Under the pieces are notes generated by a model, which was given only the letters and a program-made list of their open reading frames with translations, searched no databases and was not told the origin of the DNA. A stretch of 43,290 bases of DNA. Source: an uncultured virus (IMG/VR IMGVR_UViG_3300021400_003815). Its lineage: Duplodnaviria; Heunggongvirae; Uroviricota; Caudoviricetes. Below, one piece after another: positions 18,952 through 28,386 of this stretch. The position numbers were made by a program, and so were the translations under genes. The stretch's first letter is position 1. Each line of letters starts with the position of its first letter. The DNA is taken from IMG/VR virus record IMGVR_UViG_3300021400_003815; one strand, given 5' to 3'.

Positions 18952-20079
18952 TTACATTCTAAGAGGCTTAGTTGAAAGCATTGTTCCAACAATATTAGCC
19001 ATTCTAGGATTATCATCAGGATATCCTACAACATCAATACCGTCACAGATATTTCTTAATGCCTCTGTAAGATATTCACTTACTGGCTCAGAGGTAACTA
19101 CTTCCTGATTAGTCTCTGTATCAAAATAGCTACTCTTCATTGAACCACCACCACTTACAAATATTGCCTTAATACCCATAAGAGGTACTCCAACAGTACC
19201 AAAATAGCTATCTATATTCTGAGCAAGCATTTCAGCAAACTCTTTCTTAGCTGAAATAAGTTCCTTACTCATATCCTTATAGGTACTTCCATAAGGAAGT
19301 CTACCCTCAGTAATGACTACCTCAGCATTCTCATCTGTAAGTTCTGAACCATAGATAGTCCTAACTCTATTTTTAATAATCTCCTTGATGACATTTCCAC
19401 CAATCTTATATGTCTGACCTGTTCTCTCCTGGAACCTTCTATCCTTAATAAGTACAAAATCAGATGTACTTGCTCCAATATCACAGCTTAATACATAACC
19501 TCTATTGTACTTAGCTGTCTCTACTCTAGGTACACCCTTTTCATTAAAGAAGAAAGCAACTGAAGCCTGCTCACTCTCTGAAACAATCTTAGCATCTTTA
19601 ATCTCAAAGATAATCTCTCTATTAAATGTGTTAAATTTAACCTTAAATGTTCCAATAAGCTGACTTCTAATATAATCTGCTGTCATCTTATTAGCCTCAA
19701 GAGGAGGAAAATCAATTATTACAGCAACAGTAGGGTCAATACCTGAACTCATAATTCCAGATGCTACAGCTGTAATAATAGACACATAATTAACTCTCTG
19801 CTTACTCTTATTTGAGTTCATTGAAGGTCTAAGATTAGTAGGCTTATATCTCTCAGCCAGAGTACCAATAAGTGCTCTTACTGGGAAATAAGCTGTTTCT
19901 CCCTCAATCTTATTGATTGTAATATCAAAGTTGTCAAACAAATCATTGCTATTAGGAACCAAGTATGTATCAACATCCTCATCAATAAACACCATATTAT
20001 TAGGATTGACCCAAATTGGCCCCTCATTAACAACATATCTAGTACTAGATGCTCCCTGATCAACACAAATAGTATTCAT
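18952..20079 (-). CDS. parM: Actin-like ParM/StbA family ATPase
   Basis: CVDQGASST (phosphate 1), CDIGASTSD (phosphate 2), VSGGGS (adenosine), PRMANIVG (connect 2). Confidence 0.85.
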   Translation of the reverse strand: MNTICVDQGASSTRYVVNEGPIWVNPNNMVFIDEDVDTYLVPNSNDLFDNFDITINKIEGETAYFPVRALIGTLAERYKPTNLRPSMNSNKSKQRVNYVSIITAVASGIMSSGIDPTVAVIIDFPPLEANKMTADYIRSQLIGTFKVKFNTFNREIIFEIKDAKIVSESEQASVAFFFNEKGVPRVETAKYNRGYVLSCDIGASTSDFVLIKDRRFQERTGQTYKIGGNVIKEIIKNRVRTIYGSELTDENAEVVITEGRLPYGSTYKDMSKELISAKKEFAEMLAQNIDSYFGTVGVPLMGIKAIFVSGGGSMKSSYFDTETNQEVVTSEPVSEYLTEALRNICDGIDVVGYPDDNPRMANIVGTMLSTKPLRM

Positions 20080-20133
20080 TTTACTCTCCTTAAATCTTTA
20101 ATCTTAACTTCTGAATCTACTACTCTCATATGC

Positions 20134-20184
20134 AATAAAAAAGTAGCAATTATTATATTTTTTAAATATAACAACTACTACTTT
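20134..20184 (-). terminator. Long AT-rich terminator hairpin between the Tad locus and parM
   Basis: About 20-bp inverted repeat whose mismatches all become G-U pairs in the minus-strand RNA, followed by Us. Confidence 0.65.
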
Positions 20185-20208
20185 ACAGCCTCTATGAACT
20201 TACTTTCC

Positions 20209-20844
20209 TTATATCTTTATTTTATACTGTATAAGAGAAACTTCCTTTCCATCATCTCCAACATCAAAATCATTTAATATTGAAGCATCTTTAAAATCTC
20301 TAGCATAATAATTTTTCTTAACTTCTACTTTAGGAGCTACAAAATTCATAGCATCAGCTTCTGCTTCATCATCAGCACCAGATACTATATAATTCTCATT
20401 GTATCCACTTAATACCTTATAAACAGACATCATATTTTCAAATGGTACATAATCAATTTTAGATAGCTCTGAACTTGACTCTTTAGCTATTGCTTTCATT
20501 CTCTTACGAATATACTCAGCCATACCAGAATCAGTATAAACTACTGTAGCATCCAAAGCTATATTATTAACTAACCCTAGTATATCAATTAAAGACTCTC
20601 TATTTTCTGTCTTAGAGAATATACCAAGCCCATTCTCTACTATAACTAATCTTCTATGATACTCACATATATCCATAAGAGCATATCTTAAATCATCTAT
20701 GTTATATATCAAAGCTTCAACTTTAATTCCCATTGAATTAAAGTATCTGACTACTCCACTTTTAGGAGCCTCCATTAGAATAATTAGAGATGAGTCTATT
20801 TTTACAACTTCAGCTTTATTCTTTTTATTTCCAAATAATCCCAT
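20209..20844 (-). CDS. Hypothetical protein, possibly receiver-like alpha/beta fold; last gene of the Tad cluster
   Basis: Probable start MGLFGNKK at 20844; alternating strand/helix pattern. Confidence 0.6.
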   Translation of the reverse strand: MGLFGNKKNKAEVVKIDSSLIILMEAPKSGVVRYFNSMGIKVEALIYNIDDLRYALMDICEYHRRLVIVENGLGIFSKTENRESLIDILGLVNNIALDATVVYTDSGMAEYIRKRMKAIAKESSSELSKIDYVPFENMMSVYKVLSGYNENYIVSGADDEAEADAMNFVAPKVEVKKNYYARDFKDASILNDFDVGDDGKEVSLIQYKIKI

Positions 20845-20854
20845 GCTACACACC

Positions 20855-21886
20855 TTATCTTATAATGTAATAAATTATACTATTCTTTACACCATATCCT
20901 ACATTAGATGACTGGAAGTTATCACCTGACAGTACACTAATATCTTCATTACGTCCACCATATGTTGATAATGTTGTTTCACCTTCAAATTCAGGACCAT
21001 CAGCTTCCAATCTTCTGTATTGAACTAAATCAGCATCTGCACCACTATTTCTTGATGTATTTAACACCCAAGCAAATATCCTCTTTATTGGAGTTAATCC
21101 CTCATATCCAACACGCATTGAAAACTCCGGCTCTGCTATCATAACTGTAGCTCTTTCATCATCAGATTCTATACCGCTTTGACTTAAGTAATTATCAACA
21201 TCAATATTAGTTAATCTCTCAAACTTCTGTGCATCTGCACTGTCAAATAGGTTATACACAGTGTACTTTATATCTGTGATATGTAATGTGTTATAATATA
21301 CTCTGAAACCCTTAAACACTACATAGTCACCATCAACACTATTACTAACTACCATATCATTGGAGCCATTCATAAGAGCTAATACAAGCTCCCATCTGAA
21401 TATCTTCTCTAATGCTGTCTTGTCTAAGTAGCATATACCCATATTTAAGGGAGTTATCATATCATTCACATAGTATCTAGCTAAAACATCTTCACCTTCA
21501 GAAACTCCACCACCGTATCCTAATCCATATCCAAGTATGTTTAATCTTCTCCAATAGCCTCTATAATTATTTATAAACACTTGAAAATCTCTACTGTTAG
21601 CATATAAATTTCTATATACATCCTTATCATTATTTCCAATGTAAAATCTTCCATTTATAGAGGATGGAGCTGCACCATCTTTTCCAACTATCTGGTATGC
21701 GTTTCCACTATGATTCTTATATGATTCCTGTGCAAAATACTGACAAGACTGTTGAAGTGTTAGCCTAGCCATTGAGCTTAGAACTGGAGTATTAGTACTT
21801 ACATTAAATATCTCTATCATTAGAGATGTCAATACCATAAATGTTATTGTGCCTATTATAGCTTTAAATATAGTCTTTACACCCAT
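20855..21886 (-). CDS. Putative TadG/TadE-like minor pilin
   Basis: N-terminal MGVKTIF plus one hydrophobic helix, then a soluble domain; position after the pilin in a Tad locus. Confidence 0.5.
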   Translation of the reverse strand: MGVKTIFKAIIGTITFMVLTSLMIEIFNVSTNTPVLSSMARLTLQQSCQYFAQESYKNHSGNAYQIVGKDGAAPSSINGRFYIGNNDKDVYRNLYANSRDFQVFINNYRGYWRRLNILGYGLGYGGGVSEGEDVLARYYVNDMITPLNMGICYLDKTALEKIFRWELVLALMNGSNDMVVSNSVDGDYVVFKGFRVYYNTLHITDIKYTVYNLFDSADAQKFERLTNIDVDNYLSQSGIESDDERATVMIAEPEFSMRVGYEGLTPIKRIFAWVLNTSRNSGADADLVQYRRLEADGPEFEGETTLSTYGGRNEDISVLSGDNFQSSNVGYGVKNSIIYYIIR

Positions 21887-21898
21887 TTTAATTCCTAC

Positions 21899-22474
21899 TC
21901 AATCCAAATCTGCATAATACTGTAAACCAGGTACTGTATAATAAATATCAAAAGGTAATACTCTCTTTTTAGATTCCCTTAACGAATTTAGTGTACCATC
22001 ATTGTAAATAGTTGAGTTATTACTGAGATTACCTATATCATCACCTGCATGTACTTCAGTAGCATGTACTCCATATTCCTGAGGCATAAGAGGCCAAATC
22101 CAAGTGTAATCATAATGAATACCTATTGTCTTACTTGAACCGTACTGAGTTCTTCTATTATTAGAAGCATTAGGTCTAGTTGGTACATAAGCATTATTAC
22201 TTCCTCTTCTAGATGTATCATATACTGCTACATATGCATTACTTATTAAATTACTGTTATTACATATATCATCAAGACCACTTTGAATTGCAACTCTTTC
22301 TCTTTCTGGTATGAAATTACTTTCCATACAGGTCTGCATTACAGTGTATGATAAACCTAAAAATTTAAAATAAAATACCAACATAAATATAATATTGAAT
22401 ATTATATAGGATACAGCTATAATAGCTGGTATCTTCAATAATGTTTTAAATATCATTTTTACGCCATCAGACAT
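21899..22474 (-). CDS. Putative TadE-like minor pilin
   Basis: N-terminal MSDGVKMIF plus hydrophobic helix; directly downstream of the pilin. Confidence 0.5.
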   Translation of the reverse strand: MSDGVKMIFKTLLKIPAIIAVSYIIFNIIFMLVFYFKFLGLSYTVMQTCMESNFIPERERVAIQSGLDDICNNSNLISNAYVAVYDTSRRGSNNAYVPTRPNASNNRRTQYGSSKTIGIHYDYTWIWPLMPQEYGVHATEVHAGDDIGNLSNNSTIYNDGTLNSLRESKKRVLPFDIYYTVPGLQYYADLD

Positions 22475-22491
22475 TACAAACTCCTTATATT

Positions 22492-22530
22492 AAATAAAGG
22501 GCACCTATTTGCTTTAAATAGATGCCCTTT
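22492..22530 (-). terminator. Terminator/stabilising hairpin after the pilin gene
   Basis: AAAGGGCATCTATTT-N5-AAATAGGTGCCCTTT on the minus strand. Confidence 0.75.
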
Positions 22531-22561
22531 AGTCTTTAGTTTTTATTTAATGATTTAATCA

Positions 22562-22828
22562 TTAGTTCGTTGAGCTATCAAAACCCTGAACTGCGTTACC
22601 ATTACCCATAGCAACTGAGTTATCTGTCTTAGCTGAACCCTGACCAATACTACCATCACCATTGATCTCAAGATCCATACCTGTACCAGCCTTGATGCTC
22701 TTCTCAACAGCACCGCTTGCACCAGTAATAACATTAGGTAATGCAGTATTAAGGAACCAACCACCTGCTATCAGAATAGCTACAACTAAGATAAGTAACA
22801 AGAAAATTTTCTTAACTCCACTGCTCAT
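22562..22828 (-). CDS. Putative major Flp-like pilin
   Basis: 88 aa, MSSGVKKIF plus a 20-aa hydrophobic helix and Gly-rich tail; strong AAGGAG RBS; own downstream hairpin; follows tadC. Confidence 0.65.
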   Translation of the reverse strand: MSSGVKKIFLLLILVVAILIAGGWFLNTALPNVITGASGAVEKSIKAGTGMDLEINGDGSIGQGSAKTDNSVAMGNGNAVQGFDSSTN

Positions 22829-22926
22829 TTCTTTCTTTACTCCTTTATTAATATTAATAAAAATTACAATGTATTATTTTTAATACACATCCTTACAAGT
22901 TACTGACTATTAAAATCTACATTATT

Positions 22927-24018
22927 TTATATAATGCCTAATTTTAGGTCAGGTACATATATCAGCATTGCAGATAATATAACCTGAACAAGAACCAAAG
23001 TAGTTAAACCAAAGGAAGCTCTTGCCCTTGCTACTAGCTTATCTACATGTTTCTCAAGTCTATATCTCTTATCCTCAATAATCTGCTTTCTAAAACCTAC
23101 TAGCTCAGACTTAATGTCACCGCCTTCATTCTGCTGTCTTATAAGTCTCATTAATCTGGTTACTTCAGGAATTTCTCTGTACTTATGAGCTATATAAGTT
23201 GTTGCTCCTAATTCACCATAAGTATCTATAAGATTTATAGACTCATCAACAAATCTTTCCATTTCTTTAGACCTGTTAATTCTACTATAGCTCTTAAATG
23301 TAGTTGCTATAGGTGTACCACTATCAGACATAAGTTCATAATGAAGCATTAAGTATAAGTCAGGAAAATTATCAACTATTTCGTTATCTTTATCAGCTAC
23401 AATTCCTCTTATAAAGACTATTGGAACATTGTTACAAAGTATAAATGATATTATACAGAACATTACACCAACTATTGCATTTACAAATAAAATTATAAAT
23501 GCGCCTATAAAAAAACCTATAGATGTACCAAGCTTACATAATGAATCAAACTCATCTGGAGTTAAATATCTAAAGCCACCAAATGTTCTTATATTGGCTC
23601 TCTCAATGTTATACTTTAAATATTCTCTCTGCTGAACTGATAACTTAAGACCACTAATCTTTACTATACCTACTACCTTATCCATTAACCTGTTCATGTT
23701 TAAGATAGCTGTGTCTCTTCGCTTAATTGAATCAGCTACTGTTCTTTCTCCCTGTATAGCTTTACCAGTAAATATACTTCTTACACCCAATACCCTGAAT
23801 ATCATTATTATAGCCATAATAGCTAAAAGGGCAATAGCTAATATTCTTACATAAGGCAGATACTCAAACTGTTTAATTACTCCTTCATTGTACCAGGTAT
23901 ACTTAAAAGCTTCATCCTGAGCTACTAGTACATCACCACCCCCTACTGTACCTTTTACATTTCTTATTGATTCATTTTGACCAAGAGCATAAACCTTATT
24001 TATAAATCCAATGTTCAT
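22927..24018 (-). CDS. tadC: TadC-like pilus assembly membrane protein (T2SS F domain)
   Basis: TM pattern; NFPDLYLML...SGTPI, QQNEGGDIKSEL, C-terminal TM; follows TadB. Confidence 0.7.
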   Translation of the reverse strand: MNIGFINKVYALGQNESIRNVKGTVGGGDVLVAQDEAFKYTWYNEGVIKQFEYLPYVRILAIALLAIMAIIMIFRVLGVRSIFTGKAIQGERTVADSIKRRDTAILNMNRLMDKVVGIVKISGLKLSVQQREYLKYNIERANIRTFGGFRYLTPDEFDSLCKLGTSIGFFIGAFIILFVNAIVGVMFCIISFILCNNVPIVFIRGIVADKDNEIVDNFPDLYLMLHYELMSDSGTPIATTFKSYSRINRSKEMERFVDESINLIDTYGELGATTYIAHKYREIPEVTRLMRLIRQQNEGGDIKSELVGFRKQIIEDKRYRLEKHVDKLVARARASFGLTTLVLVQVILSAMLIYVPDLKLGII

Positions 24019-24019
24019 A

Positions 24020-25018
24020 TTAAATCTCCTCTGCTCTAAGTGCTGTTATAATAACAAATTCTGATATAATCAGAATAAAATCAATCAACAGTATTATTTG
24101 ACCAACTAGAGTTGTTAGATATAAATTTCTAATATAAGGATACATTAGAAATAGTCCACCTAAGAAACCAAATATCATTAATATACCAATTATAAAATCT
24201 GCAACTACAGCATCAAATTTTCTTTTCATGCTTATTCTCAGTTCAGACTTTATATTATTTACTTCTACTACGTCTTTAAATATTCCTACCAGACCAACTT
24301 CTTCTTCAAGTTCAAGTGTTATACACTTCTGAATAAAGTCTTTAGATATAGACCCTAAATTGTCCTGTAATCTCAGTAATGCTACCTCTATATGTGAGTT
24401 TGTTTCCTCAACATCATCTATAAAGTCTCTAAAAGCATTAAACAGTGACCTTGGCATACTATCTAAGTTAGACTTAACAGCAACTACAACACCCTTATCT
24501 ATATTATTTGATATAATATTTTCTGCTAGTATTACATCCTCAATTCGATTGTCATGACTAACATTAGCTTTTGTATATAACAAACATAATACTGCAATCA
24601 ACAGAGGTATATAAGCTAGTATTGAAAATACTAAACTTCCAAATAACAATGTTCCCATCAGCAACGATATGATTAAGGAAGCCATATTAGCAAAGAATAA
24701 CAATTCATAAGGAGTAACACCTTTCTTCTTAAGGTCCAAGTCAATGATTAAATCATTTAACCACTGATGAAGTTTAACTTTAAAAGAGTTATCATTAATT
24801 CTACCAATCTGAACTCCTCTCTCATAGTCAGACTCCATATGACTTATTCTTTTACCTACAAGTCTAGTCAGAAATCTTAAGACCGCATACAATACATCTT
24901 TTGGCTTAATCTTAAATATATAGATTAAAGTAAATAATGCTATTGTTATTAAAATTACAATAACAGTCTCTGTAATGCTATGAGATGTTATTGTCATGGT
25001 ACTTGTACTTTCACCCAT
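24020..25018 (-). CDS. tadB: TadB-like pilus assembly membrane protein
   Basis: TM pattern; C-terminal PYIRNLYLTTLVGQIIL typical of TadB; follows TadA. Confidence 0.72.
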   Translation of the reverse strand: MGESTSTMTITSHSITETVIVILITIALFTLIYIFKIKPKDVLYAVLRFLTRLVGKRISHMESDYERGVQIGRINDNSFKVKLHQWLNDLIIDLDLKKKGVTPYELLFFANMASLIISLLMGTLLFGSLVFSILAYIPLLIAVLCLLYTKANVSHDNRIEDVILAENIISNNIDKGVVVAVKSNLDSMPRSLFNAFRDFIDDVEETNSHIEVALLRLQDNLGSISKDFIQKCITLELEEEVGLVGIFKDVVEVNNIKSELRISMKRKFDAVVADFIIGILMIFGFLGGLFLMYPYIRNLYLTTLVGQIILLIDFILIISEFVIITALRAEEI

Positions 25019-25025
25019 AGCTACC

Positions 25026-26528
25026 TCACTTTCTCAAATGATAATAAACTATGTCGTCATTGTTACCATCATATGTTTCAGTTTCTGGATTATCAGCATC
25101 AACATCATTAAGCATAAAATCAAATCTATCAGAGTTAATACCTTCAAGCTTTAGCTTATTAATGGTTCTCTCTGAGAGCTTTCCAACTCTCTCATGGTGT
25201 CCATACATATTTATTACGTTACCATATTCATCATTCTCTGAATAATCTGTCTTAAATACATATAAATCATTTACCTTAGGATTTCCATTATCATCCAATC
25301 CAGTTACTTCACTCACCTGAATGACCTTACGAGTACCATCTTTAAGTATCTTCTGGAATATTACAAGATTTAACATACTTGTTAATGTCTTATAAATACT
25401 TTCCTTACCCTCTTTTGTTTCACCCTGAACAGCCTGAGCAAATCTATCAATTGCTCCTAGAGCACTCTCAGCATGGAATGTACAGTTAAATGGGTGTCCA
25501 GCCTGTCCAATCTGTAAACCTCTTACAAACTCCAAATTAGAACGAAGCTCTCCAAAACATACAAAGGTAGGAGACAGTCTCAATATATGGTTCATAAGAT
25601 TTTCCATAGTAGGAGATGTACTTAAAGGATTTTCAATTTCCTGTGCCTCCAAATGAAGTACGTCATTATAAATTCTACCACTAGAATCTCTCATTCTCAA
25701 ATCAATCTCAGAAGGATTCTGAGCAAGTACAACTCTAGTTGTAGGAGGTACAGCTTGTAATATACCCTGATTAGTTGTTGTCTTACCAGATGCTGTAGGA
25801 CCTACCGTGAAAAATGTTAAACCACCAGCCATTGCTAATGCTAACAGTCTAGCCATATTATCACTTAATGTACCATACTTAACTATATCACCTAAGTTCA
25901 TCTTTGACTTCTTAAACTTACGAAGTACAAAAGCTGCATAATCATTATTTGAAGGGTCTATAGGGTCATCTGCAAGAGCTGTACTATGTAAAGCTGCTAT
26001 ACGGAAACCCTCAATAGTTCTTGCATTTACTACAGCGTCCTTAGGAGTTAATCTTACATCTCCTAATAACTTTCTCATGACTATCTGCTGTTGCTGAGGA
26101 GATTCAAACCTTATTATTCTACCCTCTTCATCTGTATAGTCCTTAATTCTACCCTTAGTCTCTATCTTAATTTCCTTACCATTACATCTGATTTCATAAA
26201 CATCATCATTTCTCATTGCTAGAGTCAGTATACCGTAATCAGTGATATCCTGAACAAGTCTCTGTATCAATCCAGATGTATCTGACTTTCCCTCAGCATC
26301 TATATAACCTTCAGCTAATGGTCTTGTATCCATTATAAATCTTACTATAAGATTTGTAATAGCTTTTGTTTTCTCTTCACCTGATTTACTCTTATAGTAA
26401 TCAGCATTTGTTTGAATAAAACGTCTACACTCATTAACTACAAAGTCAATAGGCTTTGGAGCACCTGCTCCTTTCTTACCTTGAGCACTTCTTTTAGTCT
26501 GAAGCTCTATCAATCTTTCATTTGTCAT
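25026..26528 (-). CDS. tadA: TadA/CpaF pilus assembly ATPase
   Basis: DYGILT...DDVYEI, LRKF, Walker A GPTASGKTT, LRLSPTFVCFGELR, GH...TFHAES, DGTRKVIQVSEV. Confidence 0.9.
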   Translation of the reverse strand: MTNERLIELQTKRSAQGKKGAGAPKPIDFVVNECRRFIQTNADYYKSKSGEEKTKAITNLIVRFIMDTRPLAEGYIDAEGKSDTSGLIQRLVQDITDYGILTLAMRNDDVYEIRCNGKEIKIETKGRIKDYTDEEGRIIRFESPQQQQIVMRKLLGDVRLTPKDAVVNARTIEGFRIAALHSTALADDPIDPSNNDYAAFVLRKFKKSKMNLGDIVKYGTLSDNMARLLALAMAGGLTFFTVGPTASGKTTTNQGILQAVPPTTRVVLAQNPSEIDLRMRDSSGRIYNDVLHLEAQEIENPLSTSPTMENLMNHILRLSPTFVCFGELRSNLEFVRGLQIGQAGHPFNCTFHAESALGAIDRFAQAVQGETKEGKESIYKTLTSMLNLVIFQKILKDGTRKVIQVSEVTGLDDNGNPKVNDLYVFKTDYSENDEYGNVINMYGHHERVGKLSERTINKLKLEGINSDRFDFMLNDVDADNPETETYDGNNDDIVYYHLRK

Positions 26529-26552
26529 TCTTAATTTACCTTCTTACTCACT

Positions 26553-27437
26553 TTATACAACACCACCAGCATCTTCAATTAATGCTGTCTTTAGCTTGTT
26601 TATCTCACTCATATAGTAGTTAGAACTCTTGCTAGTTGCTTTACCACTAACTGTATAGAGCTGACCCTTTAACCCGCATTCTATAACACCAATTTCAAAA
26701 GGTATTATTGCTTCAAGATTAATACCCATCTTAGTTAAGTTACTTTCAGGATAAAAGAAGTTAGTTCTCTTATTCATTATGTATTTAACTTTCTTAGTAT
26801 GAATACCTGTTACTTCACAGTTATTTAAAAACTTCTCTGTATTTATAATACTCTTAACTCCATCATCCAAAATACAATAGATAGTATCAGACTTATACAG
26901 TGCTGTATTTACTAAATCAAACTCTACTTTAGAACTAGGACAGTCTATAAGAATAACATCAAATGAACTTGTCATTCCATCAAGCAATCTCTCAAATTCC
27001 TTAGACATTTCTCCATTATCAAGACCTATATATTCCTGTAATGTTCTATTATTAGCAACTAAGACTCCAATGTTATTTGAGTACTGTATACTCTCACCAG
27101 CTCTATTTAAACCCTGCATATAAGTTACAAAGTCTTTAGCCTTAACATCATAATCTCTGTATAGATTAAAGAATATATGCTGACTTGGATACATAATATC
27201 CAAGTCAATAACTAGCACTGACAGACCAGCATTTTTTAATTCTACTGCTAATGTAGCAACTAATGTACTACTTCCTACACCACCAGATAAACCTATAAAT
27301 GCCATTACTTTATTTAGAGTTCTACTTCTAAATTCCTTACGCCCTGCCATATCTAATATAGCAGAATCTATTTTCTTACCAACAGCATCTATATCAAGTA
27401 TTCCGCTACTCTTTACCTGCTCTTCATTATTTTCCAT
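26553..27437 (-). CDS. cpaE: CpaE/TadZ-like MinD/ParA family ATPase
   Basis: GLSGGVGSST deviant Walker A, VLVIDLD, FDVILIDCP, IMNK; between cpaB and tadA. Confidence 0.78.
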   Translation of the reverse strand: MENNEEQVKSSGILDIDAVGKKIDSAILDMAGRKEFRSRTLNKVMAFIGLSGGVGSSTLVATLAVELKNAGLSVLVIDLDIMYPSQHIFFNLYRDYDVKAKDFVTYMQGLNRAGESIQYSNNIGVLVANNRTLQEYIGLDNGEMSKEFERLLDGMTSSFDVILIDCPSSKVEFDLVNTALYKSDTIYCILDDGVKSIINTEKFLNNCEVTGIHTKKVKYIMNKRTNFFYPESNLTKMGINLEAIIPFEIGVIECGLKGQLYTVSGKATSKSSNYYMSEINKLKTALIEDAGGVV

Positions 27438-27457
27438 TGATACATACCCCTTACTTA

Positions 27458-28324
27458 TTATGCCATTCTCTGAGGAAGTGAAACCTTAAATGTTATGTTG
27501 CTCTTAGAAAGGAACTTATTGTATCTTTCTTTTTCATCAGGGCTAAGTGCTACAAGTAATGACTTAGGCTCTGTCTTTGTTTTCCACTCTTCAGAATTAT
27601 CTAAGTTTGCCTGCTCAAATGTAGTTAAATTATTGTAGTTAGCAAACATATCAAGTACACTCTCACCACTATTATTTATCATATCTGCAATCAGAATATT
27701 TGTAAATAATGGCTCACTCTTATAAACTTCAACTTCTTCAACAGTAGTTCCACCATATCCATCAGCTACCTGTACTTTATCTTTCTCAGAATATATAGCG
27801 TCTACATTTATCTTATCACCAGGCTGTATAAGAGCTTTAAATGCTGTTAAATCCTGAGCTGATACATTTAACTGTACAATCTCTTTACCAGGGAAGTTAT
27901 ACAATACACTATCACTGTTATCTGTTCTCTCTTTTACAAGACTTCTATACTCTAACAGTGTTTCACCCATTATAGGATAAGCTGCAAAATATCCAATTAC
28001 TTTACTATGATCATCCCAAAGTACCAATCTCTGAGTTACAGTACCATTTTTATTTCTTATGCTATACTTATCAAACTCACCTTTTAGCATATCATAAGGC
28101 ATAAGGTCATCCTCTGTAAATATCTGATTCCTATACATCGGACTCTTTAACATGGTGACTGTTACTGTCTCTTCAGCTTTCTTACCTGTAAACCAAACCC
28201 AATATATAAGTCCACCAGTTATTAATAATATGAAAAATATGGTTAATCCACTGCGTACCTTATTTACTCCAAGTCTATTCAGGCTAGACGCTGACTCACT
28301 TTTCTTTTTTCTTCCAACTAACAT
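27458..28324 (-). CDS. cpaB: CpaB/RcpC-like SAF-domain pilus assembly protein
   Basis: N-terminal TM, SAF-like VTMLKSPMYRNQIFTEDDL, IQPGDKINV, LLVALSPDE. Confidence 0.75.
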   Translation of the reverse strand: MLVGRKKKSESASSLNRLGVNKVRSGLTIFFILLITGGLIYWVWFTGKKAEETVTVTMLKSPMYRNQIFTEDDLMPYDMLKGEFDKYSIRNKNGTVTQRLVLWDDHSKVIGYFAAYPIMGETLLEYRSLVKERTDNSDSVLYNFPGKEIVQLNVSAQDLTAFKALIQPGDKINVDAIYSEKDKVQVADGYGGTTVEEVEVYKSEPLFTNILIADMINNSGESVLDMFANYNNLTTFEQANLDNSEEWKTKTEPKSLLVALSPDEKERYNKFLSKSNITFKVSLPQRMA

Positions 28325-28386
28325 TTAAAAAACCTCCGTTCTAAATTTTATATCTAAATACCTAACTACAATTAGATACATTTAAA

